The notes below the pieces were generated by a model that saw only the letters and a program-made list of their open reading frames with translations, did no database searches and was not told where the DNA came from. Positions 19,831 to 35,295 of a stretch of DNA of 64,000 nt are shown in pieces. The position numbers and the translations under genes are program-made. Location of the stretch: assembly GCA_964016885.1 (NCBI GenBank), contig OZ024743.1, positions 164,548,001-164,612,000 of the forward strand, given 5' to 3'. Origin of the DNA: Eledone cirrhosa. Its lineage: Eukaryota. Position 1 is the first letter of the stretch; every line of letters begins with the position of its first letter.

Positions 19831-21499
19831 ATATATACATACATACATACATACACACATATACATATACACATATACATACATACATATATATACATAC
19901 ATACATACGTATATATATATACATACATACATACGTATATATATATACATACATACATACGTATATATATATACATACATACATACGTATATATATATAC
20001 ATACATACATACGTATATATATATACATACATACATACATACGTACATATATATACATACATACATACGTACATATATATACATACATACATACGTACAT
20101 ATATATACATACATACATACGTATATATATATACATACATACATACGTATATATATATACATACATACATACGTATATATATATACATACATACATACGT
20201 ATATATATATACATACATACATACGTATATATACATACATACATACATACGTATATATATATACATACATACATACATACGTATATATATACATACATAC
20301 ATACATACGTATATATATATACACACATACATACATACGTATATATATATACACACATACATACATACGTATATATATATACATACGTATATATATACAT
20401 ACATACATACGTATATATATACATACATACGTATATATATATATACATACATACGTATATATATATATACATACATACGTATATATATACATACATACAT
20501 ACGTATATATATACATACATACATACGTATATATATACATACATACGTATATATATACATACATACATATATATATATATACATACATACGTATATATAT
20601 ATATACATACATACGTATATATATATATACATACATACGTATATATATATATACATACATACGTATATATATATATACATACATACGTATATATATATAT
20701 ACATACATACGTATATATATATATATACATACATACGTATATATATATATACATACATACGTATATATATATATACATACATACGTATATATATATATAC
20801 ATACATACGTATATATATATATACATACATACGTATATATATATATACATACATACGTATATATATATATACATACATACGTATATATATATATACATAC
20901 ATACGTATATATATATATACATACATACGTATATATATATATACATACGTATATATATACATACATACGTATATATACATACATACATACGTATATATAC
21001 ATACATACGTATATATATATACATACATACGTATATATATATACATACATATATATATACATACATACGTATATATACATACATACATACATACATATAT
21101 ACATACATACATATATACATACATACATATATACATACATACATATATACATACATACATACATACATATATACATACATACATATATACATACATACAT
21201 ATATACATACATACATATATACATACATACATATATACATACATACATATATATATATACATACATATATACATACATACATATATATATATACATACAT
21301 ATATACATACATACATACATATATATACATACATATATACATACATATATACATACATACATATATATATACATACATATATATATATACATACATATAT
21401 ACATACATACATATATATATATACATACATATATACATACATACATATATACATACATACATATATATATATACATACATATATACATACATATATACA

Positions 21500-21533
<34 letters not shown>

Positions 21534-21645
21534 CATACATATATATACATACATACATATATACATACATACATACATACATACATACATACATACATAC
21601 ATACATACATACATACATACATACATACATACATACATACATACA

Positions 21646-21677
<32 letters not shown>

Positions 21678-21683
21678 CATACA

Positions 21684-21717
<34 letters not shown>

Positions 21718-22752
21718 CATACATACGTATATATATATACATACATACATATACATACATACATACATACATATACATACATACATATACATACATATAT
21801 ATACATATACATACATATATATATATATACATACATATATATATATATACATACATATATATATATATACATACATACATACATATATATATACATACAT
21901 ACATATATATATACATACATATATATATATATACATACATATATATATACATACATACATATATATATACATACATACATATATATATACATACATACAT
22001 ATATATACATATATACATATATATATACATACATACATATATATACATATATACATATATATATATACATATATATATATACATACATACATATATATAC
22101 ATACATACATATATATATATACATATATATATATACATACATATATATATATACATACATATATATATATACATACATATATATATATACATACATATAT
22201 ACATACATATATATATATACATATATATATATACATATATATATATACATATATATATATACATATATATATATACATACATATATATATATACATATAT
22301 ATATATACATACATATATATATATACATATATATATATATACATATATATATACATATATATATATACATATATATATATATACATATATATATATACAT
22401 ATATATATATACATATATATATATACACATATATATATACATATATATATATACATATATATATATATACATATATATATACATATATATATATACATAT
22501 ATATATATACATATATATATATACATATATATATATACATATATATATATATACATATATATATACATATATATATATACATATATATATATACATATAT
22601 ATATATACATATATATATATACATATATATATATACATATATATATATACATATATATATATACATACATATATATACATATATATATATACATACATAT
22701 ATATACATATATATATATACATACATATATATATATACATATATATATATAC

Positions 22753-22784
<32 letters not shown>

Positions 22785-22803
22785 ACATATATATATATAC
22801 ATA

Positions 22804-22897
<94 letters not shown>

Positions 22898-22933
22898 CAT
22901 ATATATATATATACATACATATATATACATATA

Positions 22934-22974
<41 letters not shown>

Positions 22975-23156
22975 ACATACATATATATATATACATATAT
23001 ATATATACATATACATACATATATATATATACATATATATATATACATACATATATATACATATATATACATACATATATATATATACATACATATATAT
23101 ACATATATATACATACATATATATATATATATACATACATATATATATATATATAC

Positions 23157-23190
<34 letters not shown>

Positions 23191-23538
23191 ACATACATAT
23201 ATATATATACATATATATATATACATACATATATATACATATATATACATACATATATATATATATATACATACATATATATATATATATACATACATAC
23301 TTACATATATATACATACATACATATATATATATACATACATACATACTTACATATATATACATACATACATACTTACATATATATACATACATACGTAT
23401 ATATATATACATACATACGTATATATATATACATACATACGTATATATATATACATACATACATACGTACATATATATACATACATACGTACATATATAT
23501 ACATACATACATATACATACATACATACATATATATAC

Positions 23539-23577
<39 letters not shown>

Positions 23578-23790
23578 CATATATATACATACATACATAT
23601 ACATACATACATACATACGTACATACATACATACGTATATATATATATATACAAACATACATACATACGTATATATATATACAAACATACATACATACGT
23701 ATATATATATACAAACATAGATACATATATATGTATATATGTGTGCGTGTGTACATACATACATACATACATACATACATACATACATAC
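19831..23790. repeat. 4-kb TA/TACA/TACG microsatellite
   Basis: Direct inspection. Confidence 0.98.
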
Positions 23791-26364
23791 ATGAAAATGA
23801 AGGTAATAGGAGCATAATTACAATAATAAATAACCCGAAAGCGAAATCTGTCAATATCAATACCATGAGTAATGCCGGTACCAGAAACGATATTATATAT
23901 TACATATTAAATCTTTTTTTTATGACGAAAGTCAGGCAATTTGAAAACACGAATTTGAATATAATATACATGAGCAATAACAATAAATACTTTTCGAAGA
24001 TTTAAATAAATAAAGAAAGAAATTACACATTAGCTTGCACGAAGACTGTGATATATAATAAAAAGCCAACAGGTAATGTAAGCAGAAAGTAGTTTCAAAT
24101 AAAATACTCAAGCCAGCCAAATAAACAAGTGTTAAATTCAAACTTAAAGAAAAAAAAACATTACTCACGTCTATTCTAGGCTAATTCCTCCGCAAAACAA
24201 GACAATCATTTTTATTCGTATGAAAAGAAGATTAGCCAGGAATCTGGCTGACTGCAGCGGACACCTAGCGACACGAGTCCAGTTCCTTTTTATTTAATCC
24301 TTTTGATAACGTTTCCTTCATATATTTACGAATTCCGTTAAACTATCTCAGACATGTATGATGTATTCAACAAACCTTCCATTTAAAAAAGCTCGTGGAT
24401 GATTGCACACGCCTTCCATTGTGCCTGAATATCACGCTCCCGCTTCCGAAGCTGGAAACACTCGGATACATATTTAATTTTGCGAATTGTTTCTCTCTCT
24501 TCTTAGAATAGGACCGACTGAAACTATTAGAGACAGCCAGACAGGTGGCTAGACATGCTTGCGAGCTTTGGGAAAGTAGATTGAATGAATCAATACAGAG
24601 TGACTGAAAGATATTTAAAGACTAAAACAATATTATAGTCGATACTCCAAAACAACAGACAATTAAGTGATTGACTAATAATGGATGCGTTTTTTTTCAC
24701 AAAATACGCGGAATTAGGTGATATGGAAGGGGTTAAATAGGGTTTATGATCCGGAAAAATAATATATTTAATGGTTCTTTTTTTAGCTTTTTCCCGGCTT
24801 GGGAAAAATAGTGGTTGCCAATTACCGACCACATGCATTTAGTGGCAGACACGTGCAGGCAACAACGCTACTGATAGTGCTGCTAATTTTCCAGTGATTT
24901 CCGTTTCTATCTCTCTTTCTCTTCTCGTTCCGATAAATCTTCAGCATAGAGCATCCTTTCTTCCGACCAACAATTTAGTGCTGAGGTGAATACACGTTTT
25001 CCAGATTATATTTTTTATTTTATTATATACATTGGACAAGACTGCGGAGTTATAAACATTCGTTGAAACACAAAATAAGCTACATAATAAATAAAAATGC
25101 TAATGTGAAACGAAATTTGATTAAAGTAAAATTAGTAAATAAATTACTCAATGATTGTTGCTTCATGTGTTTGATTTTATTTATAATTTTTTAATTTAAT
25201 TTTCTAAATCTCAACATTATAAATGCGTATGTTTGTACGTGGAATTTACACAAAAACAATTATGCGAGACGAAACAGCGTGTGACGGCGGGGGCGGGAAC
25301 AGCGACTGTTTCGAAACATCAAACAAGACTAACCACAAAACGATTGCTCATACGTTACTTTCTAAATCTGTCAACATATATCATCGGTATTTTTTTTTAA
25401 CAAACAGACATTCTTCGAACATTCCACAATAGCAGTTTTTTTGTTTGTTTGTTTGTTTGTTTTGTGTTTCTTTTTTTTTGTGGAGTTTTCCGGTAGAATA
25501 ATCATGAATTTATTTTTAAAAGCAGCTTCAGTGTAAGTCGTATGACAAATTAAGAACAATTTGTATTTATATACGAGTCGATTAATTTTTATACTTATCT
25601 AATATATTAATTCTATATACTTAGATTTGTACTTAAGTAATTATTTTGCTGGATTAGTTTATATTTAATGTGCAGAAATAAAATATATAGAACCATATTC
25701 ATGTTTTCTCGCGGATTTTATAACAAATGCAATGGAATTGTGTCGTAATATTTTGTCAGACTTTCTGTGTTGTTGCCGTTTACCCCGAAATCGACACTGA
25801 TTGAACGAATATAGCTTGAATGGTCAAAGCCATGCCAATCCCGATTTATTTTCATGAATAATGGGTCACAGTACTTTATCCAATGTGTCTTATTTGCTTT
25901 TTTTTAAAGCGGTGAAGAGTGTAGGGAAATTTGGTTGCTATTTCTAGCAAGTCAAGCGACTCTCGTTAGCCCGTGTTTTGTATGTTTATCATTGCAACAT
26001 TCATGGAAATCGACGATGGAAAGGCTAGTGGAACGGGGAGAAACGGTCAAGAAGTACCTTCCAATAGTTATTTCGTTTCTCCGCATATAACCAATGTTCT
26101 TGTTTGTTTCTGGAAGAAGAGAGCGGTATCCATGGCTTTGGCAGACTCCCAGAGGCCGATGAGACTAATGCCGTTCACTTTCCCACCTAAAGTGTTGCAA
26201 GTCGACGCCGGCAGACAAAAAAGAGGGAAAAAACATGAGTCGCCGAGGGTGTCAATGAAGGCCGAGGTTCTAGTGAGAAACAACTGGGCTTAGTGGTTGG
26301 TGCGAGGCTTGATAGGGGTTTCTTAGACACAACATCGGTGATAAGTAGAGAAAGTACACTTCTT

Positions 26365-28570
26365 CGCCCACTTATTCCTGAGAGCGTGGAGGGGACAGAG
26401 TCCTCAAACACTCCCTCCAGCGAGTCCTGTCAGAAGCAACCGTCTCCAATTAATCCGGCTGGACCCCTAAGCTTGACCAGCTAAACTCATGGATATTATC
26501 CAACCATCTTGTCTGGTCTCCTGCTGGTTGGTTTTGTCCATAAAATCTGTCCATAGATTCTTTCCCGAGACACTATAACCACATTCTCATAATATCGGTG
26601 TTGTGATCTCTCAATTCGGAGAAGTAGTGGTTCTATCTGGAGTGACACTGATCGCCAAGTTGCGAGTAACGTTATCCAAAGATCCTTCGCCGGAACTCCA
26701 TTTCGACCACTTGTATTCGCGATCGTATTCTTTCGAACAACACCCAGGATTCATAACCATAGGTAAGGGTTGGCATGAATGCCGAATTGAAAGCAGTGAT
26801 TTTCGCTTTTACACCCACTTCCATTCTTCTGATTACCGAATGCTGAAGCTGGCGCATTACTGCACCAGCTCCTGCAATTCTTGCACTTAATTCCGTCTCC
26901 TGCCTTCCATCACTCGTGAGCATGTCCCCGAGATACTTAAACTTCTTCACCTGCTTCAGTGGAACTCCATTCACAAGTAGAGAGCACCGCGTAGGCTGCC
27001 TTGAGAAAACGGCTGTCTCAATTTTCGCAACACTCGGCATCAAACCTATCAATTGCAAGTCGGAGATCACCTGATGAATTAAGTAGTACCATGACGTCCG
27101 CAGTTGCAGCTTACCAATCCTACACCTGCCAGTCATGATACAACTTACATCCATACTGCACAAGTCAATTCTGTTCATGAAGATTATGAACAGGAGAGGT
27201 GATAGTACGCACCCTTGGCAGAGTCCGACTCGCACATTGAATGGTTTCGATTTAACGATGTTTATCTGAACACAAATACTAGGCCATTCATGGAAAGACA
27301 TCAGGGCAACAAGAAGCTGTTCACCAATTCCATACTCTTGCAGAGCCTTCTACAGCAGCTCCCGTGATAGCGGTCATATGCCTTTTCGAGGTCTACGAAG
27401 CAATATTCCCACGATTTTCTAATTTCCTAAACAATGTGAATATTTGGTTGGCTAAGCTGTGCTCAGGGCGAAAACCACACTGTTCAGCAACTAGCTTCGA
27501 CTCGACAAAATTGCCGCATCCATCTGCCAGACACTTAGTATAGACTTTACAGGGAAGGCTTAAAGAGATCCCTCTATAAATTCGATAATCTCCTTTGACT
27601 CCCTTTTTGAAAATTGGGATTATCACTCCCGATTGCCATTGCTTAGGTACATTTCCAGATATCCAAGTCATCTGGCCCACACGAGTCAGCCAGAGAATAC
27701 CTTCTCTATTTAAGGCTTCTATTATCTTGGGCCAAAGTTCATCCTCCCCAGTGGCCTTGCCACATTTGAGATCTTTAATTGCTCTTGAGACCTTAACCTC
27801 CGAGGTTAGTCATCGCTCCCTTTTGATGTGCACTTCGTGTACATCAAAAGATGCTGCTGTGATTGGGCTTAGGAGATCACAAAGTATTCTCTCCAACTCA
27901 CGAGGATGCACCTATCTGAATAGAGAACACCAGACGCGTTCCCGAGAGCAGGTGTTGAGGAGGACTTATTTCGAAGTCGGTGGATGGTCTGCCAAAACAC
28001 TTTATTTGCTGATCTGAAGTGGATTCCAGCTTAACCCCAACGTTCTCCCATGTCTTCACTTTGGACGCTTTTATTGTCTCTGCTGTGACTTTTCGCGCCT
28101 GACTATACCGCATGGTCAAGGAGGAAGGCTTATTTCCAAGCCAAGCCAACCTTTGTAGGCCGCCTCCTTTGCTCGAATGACAACTTTGATTTCATGATTG
28201 AACCAATGGGTCTTCCTGCCACCAGGCTTCACACCAAGTTACTTTCGGCCACAGCATTTAACAGCTGCCGAACTGAACAGTCTATTCCGTTTTAACGTCC
28301 TTAGTTTGCTCATTGAATTCTCTGAATTTGGATGCAATAATATCCGCATACCTGGTCCTAACTTCCTTACCCACCAACACTTCCAACTTTATCATGTCAG
28401 TTGACCTGGACCTGCCAGTTTTGTGGGTTTCTGGGCTTTAAGTAGTCTCACGTTGTAAATAACTGGGCGGTGATTAGTTGACAGCTCAGCACCTCTGTTA
28501 ACACAAACATCCAGCACAAAATCGAAGAGATCAGGGACAATAACGAAATCAATTATTGATCTCTGTCCTT
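26365..28570 (-). mobile_element. Degenerate Rex3/Expander-like RTE LINE
   Basis: Frameshifted fragments: [55 protein letters not shown]-terminal WLDNIHEFSWSSLGVQP. Confidence 0.82.
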
Positions 28571-29454
28571 GATTCCCCTTATACCATGAATGTTCTGAAA
28601 GAAAAAAATACTAGATAGGTGAATGGCGCGAATAACCTCACAAACCTGCAATATGGAGAGAGGAAACAAAAAATCATATCGCATCGCTTCGCGCGAGTTA
28701 AAGGACACGTTAAGACCTTACGTAGAGAGGCCTGTTCAAAAAAATATATTGCTGTCTCAATTTCATGCTGTAAAAAACCAGGTGATGGGCTTGCGACCTG
28801 ACCTGAGAAGCGTGGGATGGACGCACAAAGGTTGTGTATCTCGAGACTCAAAAGCGGGTTCGAAAGGGAGCAAACCCTGTAAGGATACCCACAAGACCCT
28901 GTGAGGATATGCCTCTTGAAGCTTAGGCTAAAAATGTCTCTGTGAGTGGTGTAAGTTTATCACCAAACAAAGAGTCAGAATACAGATCCTTCCTTGATAA
29001 AGTCACTGCAGAGAGTGAGGGAGAGAGATATTGGCTGAACTGATATTTTATCGACCTCGATAACATGAGAGGCGAAGCGGACCTCTAGAAATTCTATACA
29101 ACACCCTAACGATTCTGTCAATTCACTGCCTATATGGGGTGCATCTGTACTCGGAGAAATAATGAATCTTTAATTTAATTTTAACAGTATGTAACGTGTT
29201 AAATTACTGGTACGACTTAGATCACCCCTAAGCCCTTTTTCAGATAGTTTGTTAGTTTCCTAGCAAGCTGTTTCAAATTTTAGCGCAGGCGAGGGCTTCC
29301 CGCCCTCTAATGCAGAAGTTCTTTCGTTAGTTCAAAGATTATAAAATCAAAATAAAATAGTTGAGTCCGAGGATAAATATCTAACAGTATATATTTTCGT
29401 CTTATTTACGTTAAGAATTAAAACTTTGCCCGGCTTTACCTTTCATTTCTTCAA

Positions 29455-29535
29455 AAGCATTGTGCCTAGTGGTTAGGATATTAAAGTCGCGGGTTCGTTT
29501 CCTCGATCAGGCAACGCATTGTGTTAAGCAAGACA
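29455..29535 (+). mobile_element. tRNA-derived SINE head fragment
   Basis: GTGCCTAGTGGTTAG (A box), GGTTCGTTTCC (B box), then a decayed CORE-like motif. Confidence 0.5.
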
Positions 29536-30698
29536 TAGTAGGACTGGGGGGGGGGGGGGGGGGTATCATTTATACACCCGAGAAACAATTTCGTAGGAGA
29601 CCAGCTAAATCTACATAAACCTAATTCTTTACTTCCAAGTCAGCTGTTAACAATGATCAAAGACGTACCAACCGTAACCATCCTACCTGTTCTTCCTTGA
29701 GACAGAGTATCTACGACTTAGACGACTATTTCTAACGTCTCTCTAAAGTTGATAGAAGTACAGATCATGTAGTCTGGTATTGATTCAATACATTTTCTCT
29801 CCCAAATTACCCGTATTGTTGCGGTGTAAGGAATAAGGAATTTGCCAAATAAAAAGGGATACGTAGAACCGCCGAGCGACACAATGTTTTCTCAACTGGA
29901 GACCGTTGATTCATACTTACCAGTCATTTTCAAGTATATTAAAAATTGATGTAGATGATAAACAACTGAAATTAAGGACTGCGTTCTCAGCATCTATTTC
30001 ATGACTAGTAAACAAAAGAAGCGAGATTCTGAAACATTTGTCCATGTTTCAGTTCTCCACCTTACTTGTTTCTAGTCCAGTAAGTAGTTTTGGTCGTGGA
30101 ATTGAAGATGAGGGATATATTGAGGCCTACAAGAAAACTAACACTTTTCACACCAAACCACCTCATATCAACCTTGGTTCTACGATACTAAACTTTTTCT
30201 TTCGGTGGTTAAATTACCTTTAAAAAAAAACTACCATAACTTTATGTAAGAAATTTTGTTTAGTCGTGTTCCAAACACCAACTTAAAAATGAAAGTCAAA
30301 GTTAAATCACTTCAAATTCTTGATTATTTTTTAAAACCGCAGGCAGTGCCTTTTAAGGGAAATGTGGTAAGGAAAGGATTAAGAAGGGGCTAGTGTTAGT
30401 GGAACCTAGTGCTGTGTCGACTTACTCTGCGATTTCAATGTCAAAATGAGATCTTTAAGAACCAATGTCTTAAGAAAGGTCAAGCTGACATCCCCAACAC
30501 CACCAAATCAATAACGAGTACAAGTACTACATTAACACCACCACCAACTCAATACAGATACTACGTCAAAACCACCACCACCACAACAATTCAACTAATA
30601 AATTTACGACAACATTTCACCCATGCACCTCTGTACGACAACTACTACATTACTATCACTACCTCTAATACCACTACAGCAAAAACATCACTATTAAT

Positions 30699-30796
30699 AC
30701 ACCTGAACAACAACTACCACGACTTCCGACACCTGAACAACAGCTACTACTACCGACACCTGGACAACAACAACTACTACCGACACCTGGACAAGA
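30699..30796. repeat. 27-30-bp tandem repeat ACACCTG(A/G)ACAACAACTAC..., 3-4 copies
   Basis: Direct inspection. Confidence 0.75.
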
Positions 30797-30899
30797 CTAC
30801 ATGGTCAAATGTATGCTTTCACACCGACATAAGACGTCAGCATTAAAATTTCCTTCAAAAGCAGTACAAATAGTTTAACTAAACTCTAAATGAATAGTG

Positions 30900-32270
30900 T
30901 ACTCAGACGTCGCTATCCCAATGATACTAGCCCAGGCGATGTAGGGGAGCGCTCTCTGGTGCACAGAACCTCAGGTGCTACCTGTTTCGTGATCCCAGCG
31001 GAAAAATTTGAGAAAGTGTTGCTCGATACACATCCGGGCCTCTTCATGTTGAACTGATTCGCCATGCTAAAGCCTCCATCTACCGTATTTCCCGGCGTCG
31101 AAGACGCTACTTTTTTCCTAAAATAAGTAATAAAAATCTACCATGCGTCCTGGAGGCCGAAGGTTGTTGATTATTTTTTTTCAAATTTTTGGTTGTCAAA
31201 ATTAGGGTGCGTCCTCGAAAATGAAGCGTCTTCGGCGCCGGGAAATACGGTACTTTCTGTATACCTCCTGCTACAGCCACACATCTCTCATGATAAATGT
31301 CTGCGTTTGCATCCGACGCTGTACTGAGGAGACATGCAACGTCCAGTTTGACGACACTGGATGGCAACAAGCTACATTACCCGTCAGATACGGTGGCCTC
31401 TAGTCTAACTGGCATTTCTTTTTGACAGTGACCTCATATGTCCTCATCAACAAGGTTATCCACAACAACAGAACGTACTGTGATCAAGAAACGCAGGGTG
31501 ACCTGGAACCAGTTCGGCTTCCGCAAAGCAAATGGGACACAATCCAATGCCATAAGGCTACTTGACTAGCATCGGTTGACATGTTTTCGCTCTGCCTCCC
31601 AGCGGTGCCTAGTTTAACGCCGTACCCTCACTATCAAGCGATACTCAGCTGTCTGCGCATCGATGTTTCCTCGAGTCTCGGCCACCGTATCAGCGATCCA
31701 CACAAATGCCGCTGTGGACCCATTGTGGGCGCTTTCGGCATTCACCCACTATCATGTCATTACAGTGATGGCCACCTCTCACACCATGCCGCCTCAATGG
31801 AGTCATTAAGCACAGCTTGGACGCTGCAGGCTTCTATTTTCCCTTTTCAGCTTGAGCCAACTGAACTGGACAGAGGAGACAGCAGAGGACCAGATGGCAT
31901 CACGATCTTTCTATTCTGTGGTGGTTGCGTCCCATTACGGAGGCAACATGCAGTGACACCATCTCCAGCAGCAACCTAGTGCATGCGGCAACAGACCCAG
32001 GTTTCGTGGCCCGACAAATCGAAGATAGCAAGCTGTCGAAGTATCGGCCGTTCTCTGATAGATTTGTCATTGAACCTGTAGCAATATAGACTTCCAGTAT
32101 TCTAGGTCCCTGGACCATCTCCCTACTCACTCCTATCGGGGTGGGGTGGCTCATTCGTAGATGTGAGCCCCGAATGTTGGAATGGCTATTTAAACGTGTC
32201 TCCTTCGCTATCCTCGGAGCAACGTTTTCTTCTTTCTGTCCACTGGGACCACGATGCGACTAGCGCCTGA
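30900..32270 (+). mobile_element. Degenerate CRE-clade (RLE) non-LTR retrotransposon, 3' part
   Basis: WQQATLPVRYGGL, HKCRCG..GIHPLSC, LEPTELDRGDSRGPDG (zinc knuckle + restriction-like endonuclease). Confidence 0.7.
31083..31250. mobile_element. Tc1/mariner-pogo type MITE
   Basis: 26-bp TIR CCGTATTTCCCGGCG(T/C)CGAAGACGCT with one mismatch, TA duplication on both sides, inserted into the CRE remnant. Confidence 0.9.
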
Positions 32271-32619
32271 GGTTCGAATTATCATCATCACTAATACTAA
32301 TTAATGTGAAAGCGAGTGGCTTAGTGGTTAGGGTTTCAACTCACGGACGTGAAAGGAAGGGAGACAAAAAGCAAGAGAGCATTTGGTTAATTTACGAATC
32401 ATTGGGAATTTGAAAATGTTTGCTTTTCCTTGTCAGTAACCGCCACAATACAGATAAGTATTACTAAATAATAGTTGAACAAATCGTGTAAAGGACTCCT
32501 GCAGGCGGAAAGAGTGGGCAGAAACGCTGGTATTTTACCCGACTTGTTTCACTATAATTTATAGCTCTTGTGGCGGCTTCCTAAAAAGAAAAGCGAATGT
32601 ATTTTCAAACTACGAGAAC

Positions 32620-32830
32620 TCTAATTGCATGATCAACGGAGCAGCCTACTTGCGAGATTAATGACCAGGTGACCGTGCATTCCACAGACACGTGTACCCT
32701 TCACATAGTTCTCGAGGAGATTCAGTATTGACAGTGTGTGACGGGTCCTGGCCCTTTAAATTACAGATATAATTTGTTTAAACTAGCTGAGTGGACTGGA
32801 ACAACGTAAAATAAAGTATTTTGCAGCCAG
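32620..32830 (-). mobile_element. CORE-like SINE body fragment
   Basis: AGCTGAGTGGACTGGAACAACGTAAAATAAAGT is shared with the SINE at 48360-48400. Confidence 0.55.
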
Positions 32831-33284
32831 CCAGCGTGTTATTTTGATAGTCCACCCCCAGTAGCTCCTAAATAGTTTGTTTAATCCGAGAAAACAGACC
32901 TATGACGAAAATCATTGTCGCCCTACTAGAAATAGCTGAATCTTCATCAATGTCAAGTGAGTGAATTTCAACCTGTAACTTCATAAAGGGATATATATAT
33001 TAAAGTTGGGGAATATAAAGAAACATTACAGCGATTGGATAAGCTCACAGCCAGCTGAGTCCGCAGAACTGATTAGATTTCTGAGTTGGAAACAGTTCTC
33101 ATTTCTTTCACGTTGCTACTGTCCTGTAAAAAAGATTAGCCGTCTCAATATTCCCCCAGCGCGTAGAATAAATATGACGCTTTGTGTCTGGGGGGAAAGG
33201 GAAGAATATAGAGATATTATCATAATATTAACAAAAGTAGCATTTAGGCCCTTGTAAAACTGTTTTAGACCGGCGAATACGTGC

Positions 33285-33287
<3 letters not shown>

Positions 33288-33338
<51 letters not shown>

Positions 33339-33373
33339 AAGAGAGAAAGAGAGAAAGAGAGAAAGAGAGAAAG
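33288..33373. repeat. (GA)n microsatellite
   Basis: Direct inspection. Confidence 0.95.
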
Positions 33374-33764
33374 ACTGTTGACATCGGATGACGCAACAAG
33401 TGGTGCTCGATTCATTTTCTTGATTCTTATTTTTCGCTGCGATATTGTTTATTTTATTTTTTATTTTTTTTATTCTCTGAAATAATAATTGTATTTCGTT
33501 GTATTTTTAAGTGAGTGATTACTGAAATATTTTAATTGGTGTCTCGTAGTGCTATTTTTCGATAAGGTAAGGTATTATATTTTCAGAGAACTATATTTTT
33601 AACATTTTACTTTGTGGGTTTTTTTTATAACCTCAACTAATAGACATTTATTTAGTCAAAATACAGCATAAACACCATTTAATAGCTATTTTTCAGAAAT
33701 CTCCGCTGTTTGTAAACAAAACCATGCTTTGTATCTTCTCTGTCTCTCTCGAACACGAACACGA

Positions 33765-34940
33765 ACACACACACGATGGCTGCAAACTCGTGTTCGAGCA
33801 TTGTCATCGCCTGATAAAATACTTTAAAATGTGAGGCACAAATGGCACAAATGTGGCTCTTTAAACCAGCCAAAGACTTGTACCCTCTGGCACAGATATG
33901 GCAACTGTAGGCTCCTCTGGGACTTTCCACTGCTTGGCTCCGACTGTGTGTTCTCGTGTGTCTTTTGAAACCTCCCAGACTACCTTGCCACATTCCTTAC
34001 TCCTTTTCAGATCATAATCTACATAAGTTCCACTGATATGACTTTGTTCGTGTCTAGTCAAACCAGCTTTACTCAGGCAGACTCGACCAGTGCTGGCAAA
34101 CCAGGTGATGTTCAACAGCAGGCAGATCAGAACAGTCTCCTTTCCTTACCTTCCTTTTCAGTGTTAGGTGTTCTCTCCGACGACTTTCAAAGAGTTCACT
34201 ACCCGACTTGATAAAATGTCTCCACTTCACACGCTCCTCAGCCATTTACTCCCATTCGTCAGATGAAATTCCAGCACAAGCCAAGGTGCCCCTGACACAG
34301 TCCCGGTACCGCATTTTTGGTTTGTGTGGTGGTCGCCTTCCTTCACACAGTTATCCGTAGAGAAGTTGCTTTGCAAGCTTCAAAAAAAGAGTTCATATGC
34401 TGCATGTCACTTTGTGAATGTGCAAAAAGATCGCAGTCATCTGCATACAAAAACTCTCGGATTATAGATGTTAATACCTTTGTGCTTGCACCAAAACGTC
34501 TGATGTTGAACAACCTTAAGTGCGATATCTTATGTAAACCCCATGCGAACAATTCTTCCTGAATGCCATGAGAAACACTATCGTAAAATACAGGGAAAAC
34601 AGAGTTGGAGCCGGAATGTCCCCTTGCTTCACTCCATTTTCAGCTGATATTGGTTCAGAGATGCTACCACAGTACTGACCCATGCCTTCATATCATCATG
34701 AAAAAGACGCAGAATCTTCACAAATTTTGGAGGACATCCAAGCTTTTCCAACATTTTCCACAATGCAGTTCGATTGACGGTGTGAAATCAACAAAGACCT
34801 GGGAAAGGTCCATACATTGTTCGATACTCTTGCAGCTGCCGTGCAGAAAAGATCATATCCACTGTTCCTCTTTCGTTTCTGAACCCACACCGCGACTCAG
34901 GCAATACATTCATAGCAACCCTTGAGATCAATCTATCCAT
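33765..34940 (-). mobile_element. Degenerate RTE-clade LINE with C-terminal C2H2 fingers
   Basis: [74 protein letters not shown]. Confidence 0.8.
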
Positions 34941-35295
34941 CAACTGAAAGAATATATATGCCACAATGTTTGCCATATTTGTCCTTCCCACCCTTTCCTG
35001 TATGGAATGCATGGTATGTATGTATTTATGTACATACACACGTACATATATAAATACGCTATGATTATATAACTTCAAGTGAATGAAACGAGGGTGTGGG
35101 AGGATATTGGTGCAAATGGTAACAGAGTGGTCATGTCAATGTTTATCCCCTTCATCCCTTCTATGGAGCTTCTTTCTATAACCCCACCTAATAGACTAAT
35201 TTACTTAGTCAAAATGCGGTGCGAGCAATATTTAATAGCAATTTTTCAAAAATCTCCTGTTTGTGAACAAAGCCGAGCTTGGTATCTGTATTTAT

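Noticed and set aside
24380-24475. Tc1 transposase-like peptide PSVSSFGSGSVIF
   Set aside because: Single weak motif, no flanking DDE motifs or TIRs
26187-26484. Ser/Pro-rich ORFs resembling a host exon
   Set aside because: They overlap the degenerate C-terminus of the Rex3-like RTE in another frame
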